64,000 nucleotides of DNA from assembly GCA_937910695.1 (NCBI GenBank), contig CALEMW010000233.1, forward strand, positions 3,677 to 67,676, given 5' to 3'. Shown piece after piece: positions 29,768-39,315 of this stretch (its first letter is position 1; every line of letters starts with the position of its first letter). Made by a program: the position numbers and the translations under genes. The notes beneath the pieces were generated by a model, which saw nothing but the letters and a program-made list of their open reading frames with translations, was not told where the DNA came from and ran no database searches. This DNA is from an uncultured bacterium (lineage in GTDB: Bacteria > Krumholzibacteriota > Krumholzibacteriia > LZORAL124-64-63).

Positions 29768-29943
29768 CTCGTTGCCTCCAGGGCAAGACTCGAAAAGATT
29801 GCTCTCGCAGCAGACTCGCCCGCATACAACCGGGCCCGCTCGCGCAAAATGGACGCCCGGATCGCAGGGCGACCGGGAAAGGAATCAAAAGGACCGCTCA
29901 ATTAAGCACGCTGGGCGCCGGATGTCAAGATTCCTGGCGAAGT

Positions 29944-30876
29944 TCAGACGAAGAGCTTGCTGACGGTCTTTTCCAAATGGATGCGCTCGATGGCCTCCGC
30001 GAGCAGAGTGGACATGTCCAGAACCTTGACTTTAGGACATTCTGAGAAGCGGGTGAACGGAATCGTATTGCTGACAACGACTTCGTGGATACTCGACTGA
30101 TTGAGGCGCTCGAGAGCCCTCCCCGAGAAAATCGGGTGGGTGGCGCAGGTGGTCACCGAGACGGCGCCCTCCTGGGCGCACACTTCGGCAGCCTGGGTAA
30201 TGGTGCCCGCCGTGTCGATCATATCGTCGAAGATGATGACCTCTTTGTCCTTCACGTCCCCGATGAAGTTCATGACCTCGGCCTCGTTGGCCGCCGGGCG
30301 GCGCTTGTCGACAATGGCCAGCGGTGCGCCGAGACGTTTGGCGAAGGACCGCGCCATCTTCAGAGAACCCACGTCGGGGGCCACGACCGCCATATTCTCA
30401 TGGCTCCGATCCGCGAAGTGCTTCAAAAGCACCGGCGCCGAGTAGAGATGGTCGAGGGGGATATCGAAGAAGCCCTGGATCTGGGGAGCGTGCAGATCGA
30501 TGGTCAGCACCCGGTCCGCTCCTGCCTTGGTTATCAGGTTCGCCATCAGCCGGGCGCCGATAGGAACACGTGGTCGATCCTTGCGGTCCTGCCGGGCATA
30601 GCCGAAGTAGGGCAACACCGCTGTGGCGCGCCTGCAAGAAGCGCGTTTGACAGCGTCGAGCAGCAGCAGCAGCTCCAGGATGTGCTCCGCCGGCGGGTTG
30701 GTTGGCTGGATGATGAAGACGTCGGTTCCACGGATGTTCTCGTGAATCCTGACGTTGATCTCACCGTCCGAAAAACGACCCACTTCCACGTCGAGAAGGG
30801 GTCGTTGCAGCGTTTCAGCGATCTTGGCCGCCATGTCGAGGTTGGCGTTGCCGCTGATCAGAACGAGGTCGCTCAT
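29944..30876 (-). CDS. prs: Ribose-phosphate pyrophosphokinase
   Basis: MSDLVLISGNANLDMAAKIAETL...; PRPP-binding loop DLHAPQIQGFFDIP; divalent-cation site VVAPDVGS. Confidence 0.9.
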   Translation of the reverse strand: MSDLVLISGNANLDMAAKIAETLQRPLLDVEVGRFSDGEINVRIHENIRGTDVFIIQPTNPPAEHILELLLLLDAVKRASCRRATAVLPYFGYARQDRKDRPRVPIGARLMANLITKAGADRVLTIDLHAPQIQGFFDIPLDHLYSAPVLLKHFADRSHENMAVVAPDVGSLKMARSFAKRLGAPLAIVDKRRPAANEAEVMNFIGDVKDKEVIIFDDMIDTAGTITQAAEVCAQEGAVSVTTCATHPIFSGRALERLNQSSIHEVVVSNTIPFTRFSECPKVKVLDMSTLLAEAIERIHLEKTVSKLFV

Positions 30877-31002
30877 GGCGAGAGGAGCCTCCGGCCGGAT
30901 CGGTGTAGACGATCGTCAGGTGTATGTCGCGGGTCGAGTGGCAAGATGAAGGATGATGAGGCGGGGGTCAATAGGAAAAGGGAGCGTCGTTGCGAGACAA
31001 GC

Positions 31003-31077
31003 TGGCTGGGGCGGCAGGATTCGAACCTGCGAATGCATGGACCAAAACCATGTGTCTTGCCACTTGACGACGCCCCA
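31003..31077 (-). tRNA. tRNA-Gln (anticodon UUG)
   Basis: Reverse-strand sequence UGGGGCGUCGUCAAGUGGCAAGACACAUGGUUUUGGUCCAUGCAUUCGCAGGUUCGAAUCCUGCCGCCCCAGCCA. Anticodon loop UUUUGGU, 7-bp acceptor stem, encoded CCA. Close to E. coli tRNA-Gln. Confidence 0.85.
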
Positions 31078-31088
31078 GCCGGAGATCG

Positions 31089-31412
31089 TTAGTAGTTCTC
31101 CTCGTAGGCGGAGTCGTTGTCGTTGTGGGGGCCGACGGTGATCTCACCACGTTCGACACGACCCAGCTCTTCTTTGAACGCCGCGATGATCGAGCTTTCC
31201 ATCCATTCGCGAGTCGACATGTTGATGGGGTGGGCGATGTCCTGGAAGGACCCGTCCTTGCGGCGGCGGTTCGGCATCGCCACGAACGTGCCGGACGCCC
31301 CTTCGATGACTTTGAGTCCGCGCACCACGAAGCAGTTGTCCAGCGTGATGCTGGCGAAACCCCGCAGCTTGTCGTCATCGCGTAGAGTGATCCTGATTTC
31401 AGTGATCTCCAA
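31089..31412 (-). CDS. spoVG: Septation protein SpoVG
   Basis: MEITEIRITLRDDDKLRGFASITLDNCFVVRGLKVIEGASGTFVAMP... Confidence 0.85.
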   Translation of the reverse strand: MEITEIRITLRDDDKLRGFASITLDNCFVVRGLKVIEGASGTFVAMPNRRRKDGSFQDIAHPINMSTREWMESSIIAAFKEELGRVERGEITVGPHNDNDSAYEENY

Positions 31413-31462
31413 GACAGCACCTCTCCGTAGCAGCTTCCTGGATCATGTCGGGTCGGAGCGAG

Positions 31463-32395
31463 TCAGTCTTCCGTGAAGACGGCTCCTCGTGGATGGGGGT
31501 CGACGATGTGCACCGTCAGTGCATTCCCGTCGATGATCTCCCCCAGCCCCGCCAGACCTTGGTCGTCGTCGAATACGGCGAAAACCGCGGCCCCGCTACC
31601 CGCGAGCATGGCGACGGAAGCCTGACTCCGCAACTCCAACAGGAGTCTATGCAGAGCGGGGTGTTGCGGCAGGACAACGTCTTCCAGACGATTGAGTCCG
31701 AACCACGACCCCTTGGGAAAACGGGCGATCAGGGCTTCCGTGTTGCGGATGTTAACCTTGGGCGAACGTGATGTCAATCCGAGATTGACGTGTTCGTAGA
31801 CGGAAGCCGTACGCAATGAAAGAGTTGGCTTGATGATGACGAATCGTCCGCCCCTGATCGGAGCCAAGGGTGTCAGGTCGGTACCCCGCCCCCGCCCGAG
31901 CTGGGTCCCTCCCCGGATGAAGAACGGCACGTCTGAGCCGAGATCCGCAGCCATAGCTTCGAGTTCTGGCGCGGACAGGCCCGTTTCCAGAAGGCGGTCA
32001 CAAGCCATCAGGACCGCAGCGGCGTCGGAACTGCCTCCGCCGAGACCGGCTTCGCAGGGGATCACTTTGTCCAGATCGATCCGGATGTGGCCGCTCAACC
32101 CCGTACGCCTACAGAAAAGTTCGACGGCCTGCCAGGCCAGGTTGGTCGCATCGTCCGGAGCGGCGCCCGGCGGCGTCACCGACAATTCGACGCGCGGTGG
32201 CCGACCTCGCCAGGGCTCGCACAGCTCCACCTTCAGCGAGTCGAACAACCCCACCGCCTGCAGGATGGTTTCGATGTCGTGATAGCCGTCCTCACGCCGC
32301 TGGAGAACCTCCAAATGGAGATTCACCTTGGCCGGGGCCAGCATACGGACAGATCGCCGGGGAGGCCGGACAGGGTCCATGTGTTCCGATTTCAA
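31463..32395 (-). CDS. ispE: 4-diphosphocytidyl-2-C-methyl-D-erythritol kinase
   Basis: GHMP kinase motifs (LAPAKVNLHLEVL, PCEAGLGGGSSDAAAVL). Confidence 0.85.
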   Translation of the reverse strand: MKSEHMDPVRPPRRSVRMLAPAKVNLHLEVLQRREDGYHDIETILQAVGLFDSLKVELCEPWRGRPPRVELSVTPPGAAPDDATNLAWQAVELFCRRTGLSGHIRIDLDKVIPCEAGLGGGSSDAAAVLMACDRLLETGLSAPELEAMAADLGSDVPFFIRGGTQLGRGRGTDLTPLAPIRGGRFVIIKPTLSLRTASVYEHVNLGLTSRSPKVNIRNTEALIARFPKGSWFGLNRLEDVVLPQHPALHRLLLELRSQASVAMLAGSGAAVFAVFDDDQGLAGLGEIIDGNALTVHIVDPHPRGAVFTED

Positions 32396-32407
32396 GCTGA
32401 TGTGCTC

Positions 32408-33301
32408 CTAGGATTGACGCAGCCCGATAACCAGGCAGGCCGTAATGATCCATCCCAGCACCGAAAGCTGGATGCGGCCGTCGGTCAGCAGGATTTCGTG
32501 AGGGTGTCCGCCCTGACCGTCTTTGAAGACAAGAACCAGGTAGCGCGACATACCGGTGACCACGAACGGAACCGTGAACACCAGGTTCCCCGTCTGGAAC
32601 TGTGCGATCGTCCCCTGCGAGACGGTGTAAAGAATATATGCCGTGACCGTCAGAGCAAAGGATCCACCGATGAGCAGGTTGAGCAGCAGTTCCGAATAGT
32701 TATGCAGAGTGGGCCGAATGGTCCCGGTGCCAGTCTGTTCCACAACGAACTCCGCCCGACGCTTGGCGAAGCCCAGGAACATCGCCAGCAGAGCCGTACA
32801 CAGGATCAGCCAGGGCGAAAGGGGGATGTGATCTGTGGCCTCGCGGAGCACCTCGACGCTGCCGACCGCCCTGAGCACGAACCCGCCCGCGATGCCCAGG
32901 ACATCGAGGATCACGATCTTCTTCAGCACGAACGTGTAGACGACGTTGAGCAGCAGGTAGCCCCCGGCCGTAAAGCCGAAGCCCCTACCGAGCAGGAACG
33001 CCGAGACGAGGCTCATGGCAACCAGGCCGATGGCGCCGAAGGCGGCGGTCCGGGGGTCGAGCCGTCCCGAAGCGATGGGGCGGTTCTTCTTGATGGGATG
33101 GCGGCGGTCCATTGCCGCATCGGCGATGTCGTTCATAACGTAGACGGCGCCCGAGAGCAGACAGAAGATGAAAAATCCGAACGCGGCCCTGAACAAAAGA
33201 CCCGTCTCGGCCGTGTTCTGGGAGAAGATCAATCCGGCGAAAAGGATCAGGTTCTTGGTCCACTGCCGGGGCCTCAGGTTCTCGACGAAGGCGATCATCA
33301 C
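32408..33301 (-). CDS. UbiA-family prenyltransferase (decaprenyl-phosphate phosphoribosyltransferase-like)
   Basis: NLRPRQWTKNLILFAG...NDIADAAMDRRHPIKKNRPIASG, with 8-9 TM helices. Confidence 0.7.
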   Translation of the reverse strand: MMIAFVENLRPRQWTKNLILFAGLIFSQNTAETGLLFRAAFGFFIFCLLSGAVYVMNDIADAAMDRRHPIKKNRPIASGRLDPRTAAFGAIGLVAMSLVSAFLLGRGFGFTAGGYLLLNVVYTFVLKKIVILDVLGIAGGFVLRAVGSVEVLREATDHIPLSPWLILCTALLAMFLGFAKRRAEFVVEQTGTGTIRPTLHNYSELLLNLLIGGSFALTVTAYILYTVSQGTIAQFQTGNLVFTVPFVVTGMSRYLVLVFKDGQGGHPHEILLTDGRIQLSVLGWIITACLVIGLRQS

Positions 33302-33316
33302 ATCGTTCCTCCGTCG

Positions 33317-33910
33317 TCAGATCCTGTCGGCCATGCGGATCTCAAGGATCTCGCAGAGCAGATGGCCCATGAGGATGTGGATTTCCTGGATCCGCGGCGT
33401 ATCGACAGCAGGTGCGATCATCGCCCCGTCGACCAGGCTCTTCAACTGGCCGCCCTCTCCCCCGAGAAACCCGAAGGGATGGGCTCCGGCCCGACGGGCG
33501 GCTTCGACCGCGAGGATGCAGTTGCGGGAATTTCCAGAAGTCGAGATCACCAACAACACGTCGCCGGGACGGGCCACGCCCTCCACCTGCCTGGCGAACA
33601 CGTGGTCGAAGCCGTAGTCGTTGCCCACGGCGGTCAGGGTCGACATGTTGACCGTGAGGGCTTCGGCGGCGTAGGCCGGACGCTCTGCGCGGAACCTGCC
33701 GACCAGTTCGGCAACGATGTGCTGGGCGTCGGCGGCGCTGCCGCCGTTGCCGCAGACCAGCAACCGGCCGCCTCCGTGCCAGGCGCTCAGCACGGCGTCG
33801 GCCAAGGCGGTCACAGCCTCGCAATGACCGGCGTCGAGCAGGGCGACCGCGTCGCGGTGGTCGGCGACTGTTGCTGCGAACAGGTCTTCGGCTGTCGGAC
33901 GATCGCTCAT
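33317..33910 (-). CDS. gmhA: D-sedoheptulose 7-phosphate isomerase (SIS domain)
   Basis: GRLLVCGNGGSAADAQHIVAELV...VLLVISTSGNSRN. ATG at 33910 with a GGAGGAACG Shine-Dalgarno, overlapping the rfbD stop (ATGA). Confidence 0.8.
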   Translation of the reverse strand: MSDRPTAEDLFAATVADHRDAVALLDAGHCEAVTALADAVLSAWHGGGRLLVCGNGGSAADAQHIVAELVGRFRAERPAYAAEALTVNMSTLTAVGNDYGFDHVFARQVEGVARPGDVLLVISTSGNSRNCILAVEAARRAGAHPFGFLGGEGGQLKSLVDGAMIAPAVDTPRIQEIHILMGHLLCEILEIRMADRI

Positions 33911-34791
33911 CGTTCCTCCCGCGAGGGATCGGGTTCGTGGATGTCTAGCCAGGCCACGTAACGGGCCGCAGCGTCTTGCCAGTGGGGCCGCGGTGGGCAC
34001 CCTAGATCCTCGAGGCGGCTGCTCATCAGCACAGAACAGGCAGGCCGCTTGGCGGGCGTCGGGAATGCATCGCTCCGACACGGCTGTACCCGTTCGGGAT
34101 CATGGCCGCTGAGCCTGGCGACTTCCCTGGCAAAATCGTACCAGCTGCATACGCCGGCGTTGGTGGCGTGGAAGCGCCCGCTGCTGCCGTCTTCGGCGAG
34201 GAAGGCCAGGACCGCTGCAAGATCAGGTGCATAGGTGGGGCTCCCCCGCTGATCATCCACCACGTTGAGAATTTCACGCTCGGCCAACAAGCGTCGGATC
34301 GTGCGGACGAAGTTCTTCGGGCCGGGACCGAAGAGCCAGCTCGTGCGGACGATCTGCCAGGGAGCCGTCATGGCCTCGACGGCGACCTCGCCCGCCGCCT
34401 TGGATTGACCGTAGGCATTGACGGGTCGACGCGGATCATCCTCATGATAACCGTCCGGAGCATCGCCGGGAAACACGTAGTCCGTGCTGACGGACGTCAG
34501 ACCACAGCCTGCTTCGTCGCAGGCTCCAGCAAGGTTCGCCGTCGCGTCGGCGTTGACGGCATGGGCCAGGTCCCTCGCTGATTCGGCTCCGTCCACATCG
34601 GTGTAGGCGGCGCAGTGCAGCACCCACTCGGGACGGTGACGATCGAAAAGACGGGCCACATCGTCGGCACGTCGGAGATCACCCTCCGCAAGATCCACAC
34701 AAACGGCGTCGTGATGGCCCTGCAGGGTTGTTGCCACGGCTCGGCCGAGCATACCCTTCGCACCGGTCACCAGGATCCTCATGCCTCGCAC
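33907..34791 (-). CDS. rfbD: dTDP-4-dehydrorhamnose reductase
   Basis: MRILVTGAKGMLGRAV...; SDR motif YGQSKAAGE. Confidence 0.8.
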   Translation of the reverse strand: MRGMRILVTGAKGMLGRAVATTLQGHHDAVCVDLAEGDLRRADDVARLFDRHRPEWVLHCAAYTDVDGAESARDLAHAVNADATANLAGACDEAGCGLTSVSTDYVFPGDAPDGYHEDDPRRPVNAYGQSKAAGEVAVEAMTAPWQIVRTSWLFGPGPKNFVRTIRRLLAEREILNVVDDQRGSPTYAPDLAAVLAFLAEDGSSGRFHATNAGVCSWYDFAREVARLSGHDPERVQPCRSDAFPTPAKRPACSVLMSSRLEDLGCPPRPHWQDAAARYVAWLDIHEPDPSREER

Positions 34792-34792
34792 C

Positions 34793-35440
34793 TCATGCGC
34801 AATCCCCTTCGCCGAAGGCCGCCGCGACCGCTGACCGCACCAGCGTCGAAGGGAACCCGCGTCCGTTCAAAAAGCGTTGGGCCCTGGCGCGCCGGTTCCA
34901 GTCGTCTCCGCCCGGATTCTTGCGGTACCAGGACCGGGCGGCAGCGAGGGCCAGCTCCCTTTCGGTGTCCGCCGTCAATTCGGCGTCGACGACCGACACG
35001 ACCGTGGCGCGGGCGATGCCCCGCCCGCACAGTTTCGCCACGAGGTAGTGTCGGCCCACCGCGCGGGCGCGGATGGTGTCGCGGCACCAAGCCGCGGCGA
35101 AGGTCCGGTCCGAGTGAACACCCTGGGCCTCGAAACGATCGAGCACGGCTGCGACCTGTTCGGGGTCGTGGCCGCGCTCGACGAGTTTCTCTTCCATATC
35201 CCGCCGTGTCCGCAGTTTGCGGTCCAGCATAACGAAAACGCGTTTGGCGATGGCCTTCCGCTCCGCACCGGCGCGCAGGACGTCGAGCATCCCGGGCGGA
35301 AGAGCCTCCCCCGGTGCGGGAAGAGCCGGCGGCAGGGAATCGACCGCCAGCTCCATGGTATCACCGTCACTCAAGCGGATCCGGGCGGTGACGCCGTCCT
35401 GATCAAGGTCGACGATGCGCAGATCCTGCTCCACGACCAC
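34793..35440 (-). CDS. recX: Regulatory protein RecX
   Basis: Position immediately downstream of recA and three-repeat helical RecX pattern (...DRFEAQGVHSDRTFAAAWCRD...HYLVAKLCGRGI...). Confidence 0.8.
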   Translation of the reverse strand: MVVEQDLRIVDLDQDGVTARIRLSDGDTMELAVDSLPPALPAPGEALPPGMLDVLRAGAERKAIAKRVFVMLDRKLRTRRDMEEKLVERGHDPEQVAAVLDRFEAQGVHSDRTFAAAWCRDTIRARAVGRHYLVAKLCGRGIARATVVSVVDAELTADTERELALAAARSWYRKNPGGDDWNRRARAQRFLNGRGFPSTLVRSAVAAAFGEGDCA

Positions 35441-35443
35441 GCC

Positions 35444-36550
35444 CTAACTCGCCGGTTTGCTCTTGGCCGCCTTGGCCTTGCCCGAGCCGGCAGCGGCTTC
35501 AGCGGCCGCAGGTGCGGGCGCAGCTTTATCAACGGTCTTTTCGTGTTCGCGCACACCGTAATGGATGAGCACTTCGTTCTCGATGCGGGAATAGAGATCG
35601 GCGTTTTCCTGGAGCAATTCCCTGGCGTTCTCCTTGCCCTGCCCCAGCCTTTCGTCGCCGTAGCTGTACCAGGCGCCGGACTTCTGCACGATGCCGGCGT
35701 TGACGCCCAGCTCGATGAGATCGCCCTCCTTGGAGATGCCGCGCCCATACAGGATGTCGAACTCGGCCTTCTTGAACGGAGGCGCCGTCTTGTTCTTCAC
35801 GACCTTCACGCGCACATGGTTGCCGACGACTTCTTCACCCTGGGTCAGGGCGCCGACGCGGCGGATGTCCAGACGCACGGAACTGTAGAATTTCAGCGCG
35901 TTGCCGCCCGAAGTGGTTTCGGGGTTGCCGAACATCACACCGATCTTCATGCGGATCTGGTTGGTGAAGATGACCAGCGTGTTGGTCTTGGAGATGGCCC
36001 CGGTGAGCTTGCGCAGGGCCTGGCTCATGAGCCGGGCCTGCAGGCCCACGTGGGTGTCGCCCATCTCGCCTTCGATCTCGGCACGCGGCACCAGGGCGGC
36101 CACCGAGTCGATCACGATGACGTCCACGGCGCCCGAGCGCACGAGCATCTCGGTGATCTCGAGGGCCTGCTCGCCGGTGTCGGGCTGCGAGACGAGCATG
36201 TTGTCGATGTCCACGCCCAGCAGGCGGGCGTAAGCGGGATCGAGAGCGTGCTCGGCGTCGACGAAGGCGGCCATGCCGCCGGCGGCCTGGCAGTTCGCGA
36301 CCGTGCTGAGCGCCACGGTCGTCTTGCCGCTGCCTTCGGGACCGTAGATCTCCACGACGCGTCCCCGCGGCAGACCGCCGATCCCCAGAGCGATATCCAG
36401 GGTCAGGCTGCCCGTGGAGATGGCGTCGATGTTGTCGACGACCTTGCCGTCGCCCAACAGCATGATGGCGCCCTTGCCGAACTGCTTTTCGATCTGGGCA
36501 CGCGTGAGCTCGAGGGCCTTGGCCCGTTCCTGTTGCCTGTCCAATGCCAT
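35444..36550 (-). CDS. recA: Recombinase RecA
   Basis: [35 protein letters not shown]...; L2 loop [25 protein letters not shown]. Confidence 0.95.
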   Translation of the reverse strand: MALDRQQERAKALELTRAQIEKQFGKGAIMLLGDGKVVDNIDAISTGSLTLDIALGIGGLPRGRVVEIYGPEGSGKTTVALSTVANCQAAGGMAAFVDAEHALDPAYARLLGVDIDNMLVSQPDTGEQALEITEMLVRSGAVDVIVIDSVAALVPRAEIEGEMGDTHVGLQARLMSQALRKLTGAISKTNTLVIFTNQIRMKIGVMFGNPETTSGGNALKFYSSVRLDIRRVGALTQGEEVVGNHVRVKVVKNKTAPPFKKAEFDILYGRGISKEGDLIELGVNAGIVQKSGAWYSYGDERLGQGKENARELLQENADLYSRIENEVLIHYGVREHEKTVDKAAPAPAAAEAAAGSGKAKAAKSKPAS

Positions 36551-36951
36551 GCTTCACTCCTTGTGATGTTGGATCCGTCGTCCGGGAGGTGTGCTGCGGA
36601 GGTCGGCTCGTCGGAAAAAGGGCCGCGCGAAGCCGGGCCTGGACCTATGTCCGGACAGGTCGCGTCACCATACTATGTCCCCCAGTCGGTCGCCAGCGGA
36701 AACACGATCTTAACGACAGTGCATCCGCCTTAAGACGTCATGCGCATCGGATCCGACAAACCAAGACCGTCACCCAGTTGCAGGAACAGGACCTGGGGAC
36801 GGCAATCCGTCAGAAAGAGCCATGAGATCCAGAAAGTCTCGAACAGACCACGGAGCGGACGTATTGCGGATCCCGGCGCCGATCCGATCCGTCCCATTGG
36901 GGCGACGGGTCGGCAAGGAACCGCTCCCCAGAGGCCACGGGCCGATGAGTC

Positions 36952-38208
36952 TTATGAACCGTCGCCGATCCAGGGGTCGCGGTCTGTCTGCAGATGACGG
37001 CGCAGGGCATCGAGAGCCCTGGCTACTGTCAATCGGCGGTTTCGGGCGCGGTGAGAGCGGAAGCGTTCACAGTGGCTCCAAACCCCCCTGGGACCGGCCA
37101 GGGCGAGCCAGGTGGTCCCCACCGGCTTGGTGTCGGTGCCCCCGTCAGGACCGGCGATGCCCGTCACGGCGAGAGCATAGTCGGCGCCGACGAGCCGGCG
37201 GGCTCCCTCAGCCATGGCCTCGGCCGTTTCACTGGATACCGCTCCCTGGACCGCGAGAGTTGCTCCCGGAACTCCCAGAAGACGCTCTTTGATTTCATTC
37301 TGGTAGGCCAGCACGCCGCCGCAGAACACTGCTGACGATCCCGGCAGATCAGTCAAGGCAGCGCCGAGCAGCCCACCGGTGCAGGACTCTGCCACCGCGA
37401 TGGTGCTGCCGCGGGCCTTCAAGAGATCCTGGACGACTTGATTCAACTCGACGAACTGGTCGGCATACACACGGGTTCCCAGCACCTCGTCGAGGGCTTG
37501 CGCAAGCCCTTCGGGAATCGTGGCGCCGGGCGCCGCCGACGCCTGGACATCCACACCCCAACGCGTCAGCCACCACGACCAGGTCAGGTCCGGCCAAAGC
37601 GCGCGCACAGGCTCGGTGAGCCCTGTCAGAGCAGGCTCCGAGAGACCACTCGTTCGGCGCAACACTGAAAACACAGGTGGGCCGAACACGGACCGCGCTT
37701 CCAAATCGGCTTCGATCCCCGGCCACAACGCTTCGACTTCCGAAGGTACGCCCGGCAGCAGCACCAGAACCCTTCCTCTGGCCTCACCCACCAGCCCGGG
37801 CGCCGTGCCGGCGGGATTGATGACCGCCGTGAAGTCGTCGGGCACCCTGGTCTGCTTGTCCATGTGCGGACCGTAGGGAAAGCCGCGGTCGGCAGCCAAG
37901 GTCTTCAGATGCATGGTTACCGACGGACTCCGCTTCAGGCCGAGTCCGGACCAGTCCGCGAAGGCGTCCACCGTCAGGTCATCCGGAGTAGGACCGAGAC
38001 CGCCTGTGATGATCACCAGGCTTCCCTCGGGTGTGGCATCGAGGGCCGCGGCGATGGCCGCGGACGTATCGAGCACGACGTTCACGCCGTCCACCGGCAC
38101 GCCGCGGCTCAGCAGGCGCTTCTGGGTATCGTGGGCGTTCGTATCGACGGTTCGGCCGCAGAGCAGTTCGTCGCCGACGGAGATGATGCGCGCCCGTCGA
38201 CCCGTCAT
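36952..38208 (-). CDS. cinA: Competence/damage-inducible protein CinA (MoCF-binding domain plus PncC-like nicotinamide-nucleotide amidase domain)
   Basis: MTGRRARIISVGDELLCGRTVDTNA... and a C-terminal CinA domain (AESCTGGLLGAALTDLPGSS). Confidence 0.85.
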   Translation of the reverse strand: MTGRRARIISVGDELLCGRTVDTNAHDTQKRLLSRGVPVDGVNVVLDTSAAIAAALDATPEGSLVIITGGLGPTPDDLTVDAFADWSGLGLKRSPSVTMHLKTLAADRGFPYGPHMDKQTRVPDDFTAVINPAGTAPGLVGEARGRVLVLLPGVPSEVEALWPGIEADLEARSVFGPPVFSVLRRTSGLSEPALTGLTEPVRALWPDLTWSWWLTRWGVDVQASAAPGATIPEGLAQALDEVLGTRVYADQFVELNQVVQDLLKARGSTIAVAESCTGGLLGAALTDLPGSSAVFCGGVLAYQNEIKERLLGVPGATLAVQGAVSSETAEAMAEGARRLVGADYALAVTGIAGPDGGTDTKPVGTTWLALAGPRGVWSHCERFRSHRARNRRLTVARALDALRRHLQTDRDPWIGDGS

Positions 38209-38212
38209 CCGC

Positions 38213-38662
38213 CTACCATCCTGTCACCATGAGGGTCAGTCGCAGGGCGATGTGTGCATACACGCCGGCGGCGAGATCGTCGACGGTGATGCCCCACCCT
38301 CCCGGCAGCTTTTCGAACGAACGCACCGGCGGCGGCTTGAGGATGTCGAAAATGCGGAACCAGAAGAAGCCGGCCAGCCAGCCCAGCCAGCCGGTGGAGA
38401 TCCCGAGATAGGTGACGATCATTCCCGCCACCTCGTCGCTGACCACAAGGGAGGGATCCTTCCCTTCCCTGCGTTCGACCCAGGTGGCCGCAGGCACGCC
38501 CAGCGCCACCACCACGATCAAGGCCACAAACTGCCAGAGCAGCGGCACAGGTGCGAGCAATCCCCAGATCACCGCCACGGCCAGACTGGCCACGGTGGCG
38601 GGGGCGATGGGTGCGTATCCGCAGCCCAGGAATGTGACGAAGGCATAGATGAGCAGCCGCAT
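38213..38662 (-). CDS. pgpA: Phosphatidylglycerophosphatase A
   Basis: MRLLIYAFVTFLGCGYAPIAPATVASL...LVVSDEVAGM...FDILKPPPV. ATG at 38662. The track ORF is 5'-extended. Confidence 0.8.
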   Translation of the reverse strand: MRLLIYAFVTFLGCGYAPIAPATVASLAVAVIWGLLAPVPLLWQFVALIVVVALGVPAATWVERREGKDPSLVVSDEVAGMIVTYLGISTGWLGWLAGFFWFRIFDILKPPPVRSFEKLPGGWGITVDDLAAGVYAHIALRLTLMVTGW

Positions 38663-38717
38663 GGGCGGTCCTCCAGGTTCGGGTCGGAAGGGAGGGTAAT
38701 GCGCAGATGGGTCCCGG

Positions 38718-39314
38718 TCAATCCCGGCGGGACGACAAGGCATCGAGAAGCAGGCGCAAAGTGTCGAGAACGCCCTCTCCCCGGTTGGCGACTGCGGTGG
38801 TGCGAAGTCCGCTGTGACGGTTGAGTTCGCTGTCCAGCCGCGAGGCGGCCAGGGCATCGCGATCGTCTGTGCGGTTGTATTGGAGGACGAGCCCGATCTT
38901 CGGTGGTACAAGCCCCAGGCCCACCAGATGTGAGCCCAATTCGTCGAGCAGCAGCACATCGGCGTCGATCCGCTCACGACGACTGTCGGCCACGAACACG
39001 ACGCCCGCCGCTCCCTTGAGCAAGGTCCGGCGGCTGCGAGACGCCAAGTAGAGTCCGGGCACCGTCAACAGATGGAGCGGACCGGCTGCGGTGAGCCCCA
39101 GTTCCTCTGCGTCGCAGCTCAGCAGCTCGAACGGCACGCCACCATCGATGTCTGCCTTCAGGTGCCGGACGCGCTCTTCACCTTCCGGCAGCATCCGTGC
39201 AAGAGCCAACAGGTTCGCCGTCTTGCCCGACAGCCCGGGGCCGTAGAACACCACCCGCCGCGGCTGTGCCATGGCGATGTTGGAAATGATGTTCTGGGAC
39301 CGCGGTTCGATCAT
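38718..39314 (-). CDS. MglA-like Ras-superfamily small GTPase (catalytic Gln replaced by Leu)
   Basis: Alignment to Myxococcus MglA: [14 protein letters not shown] vs [43 protein letters not shown] vs [39 protein letters not shown] vs [18 protein letters not shown] vs GVFDTLKAV. Confidence 0.75.
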   Translation of the reverse strand: [198 protein letters not shown]

Positions 39315-39315
39315 C

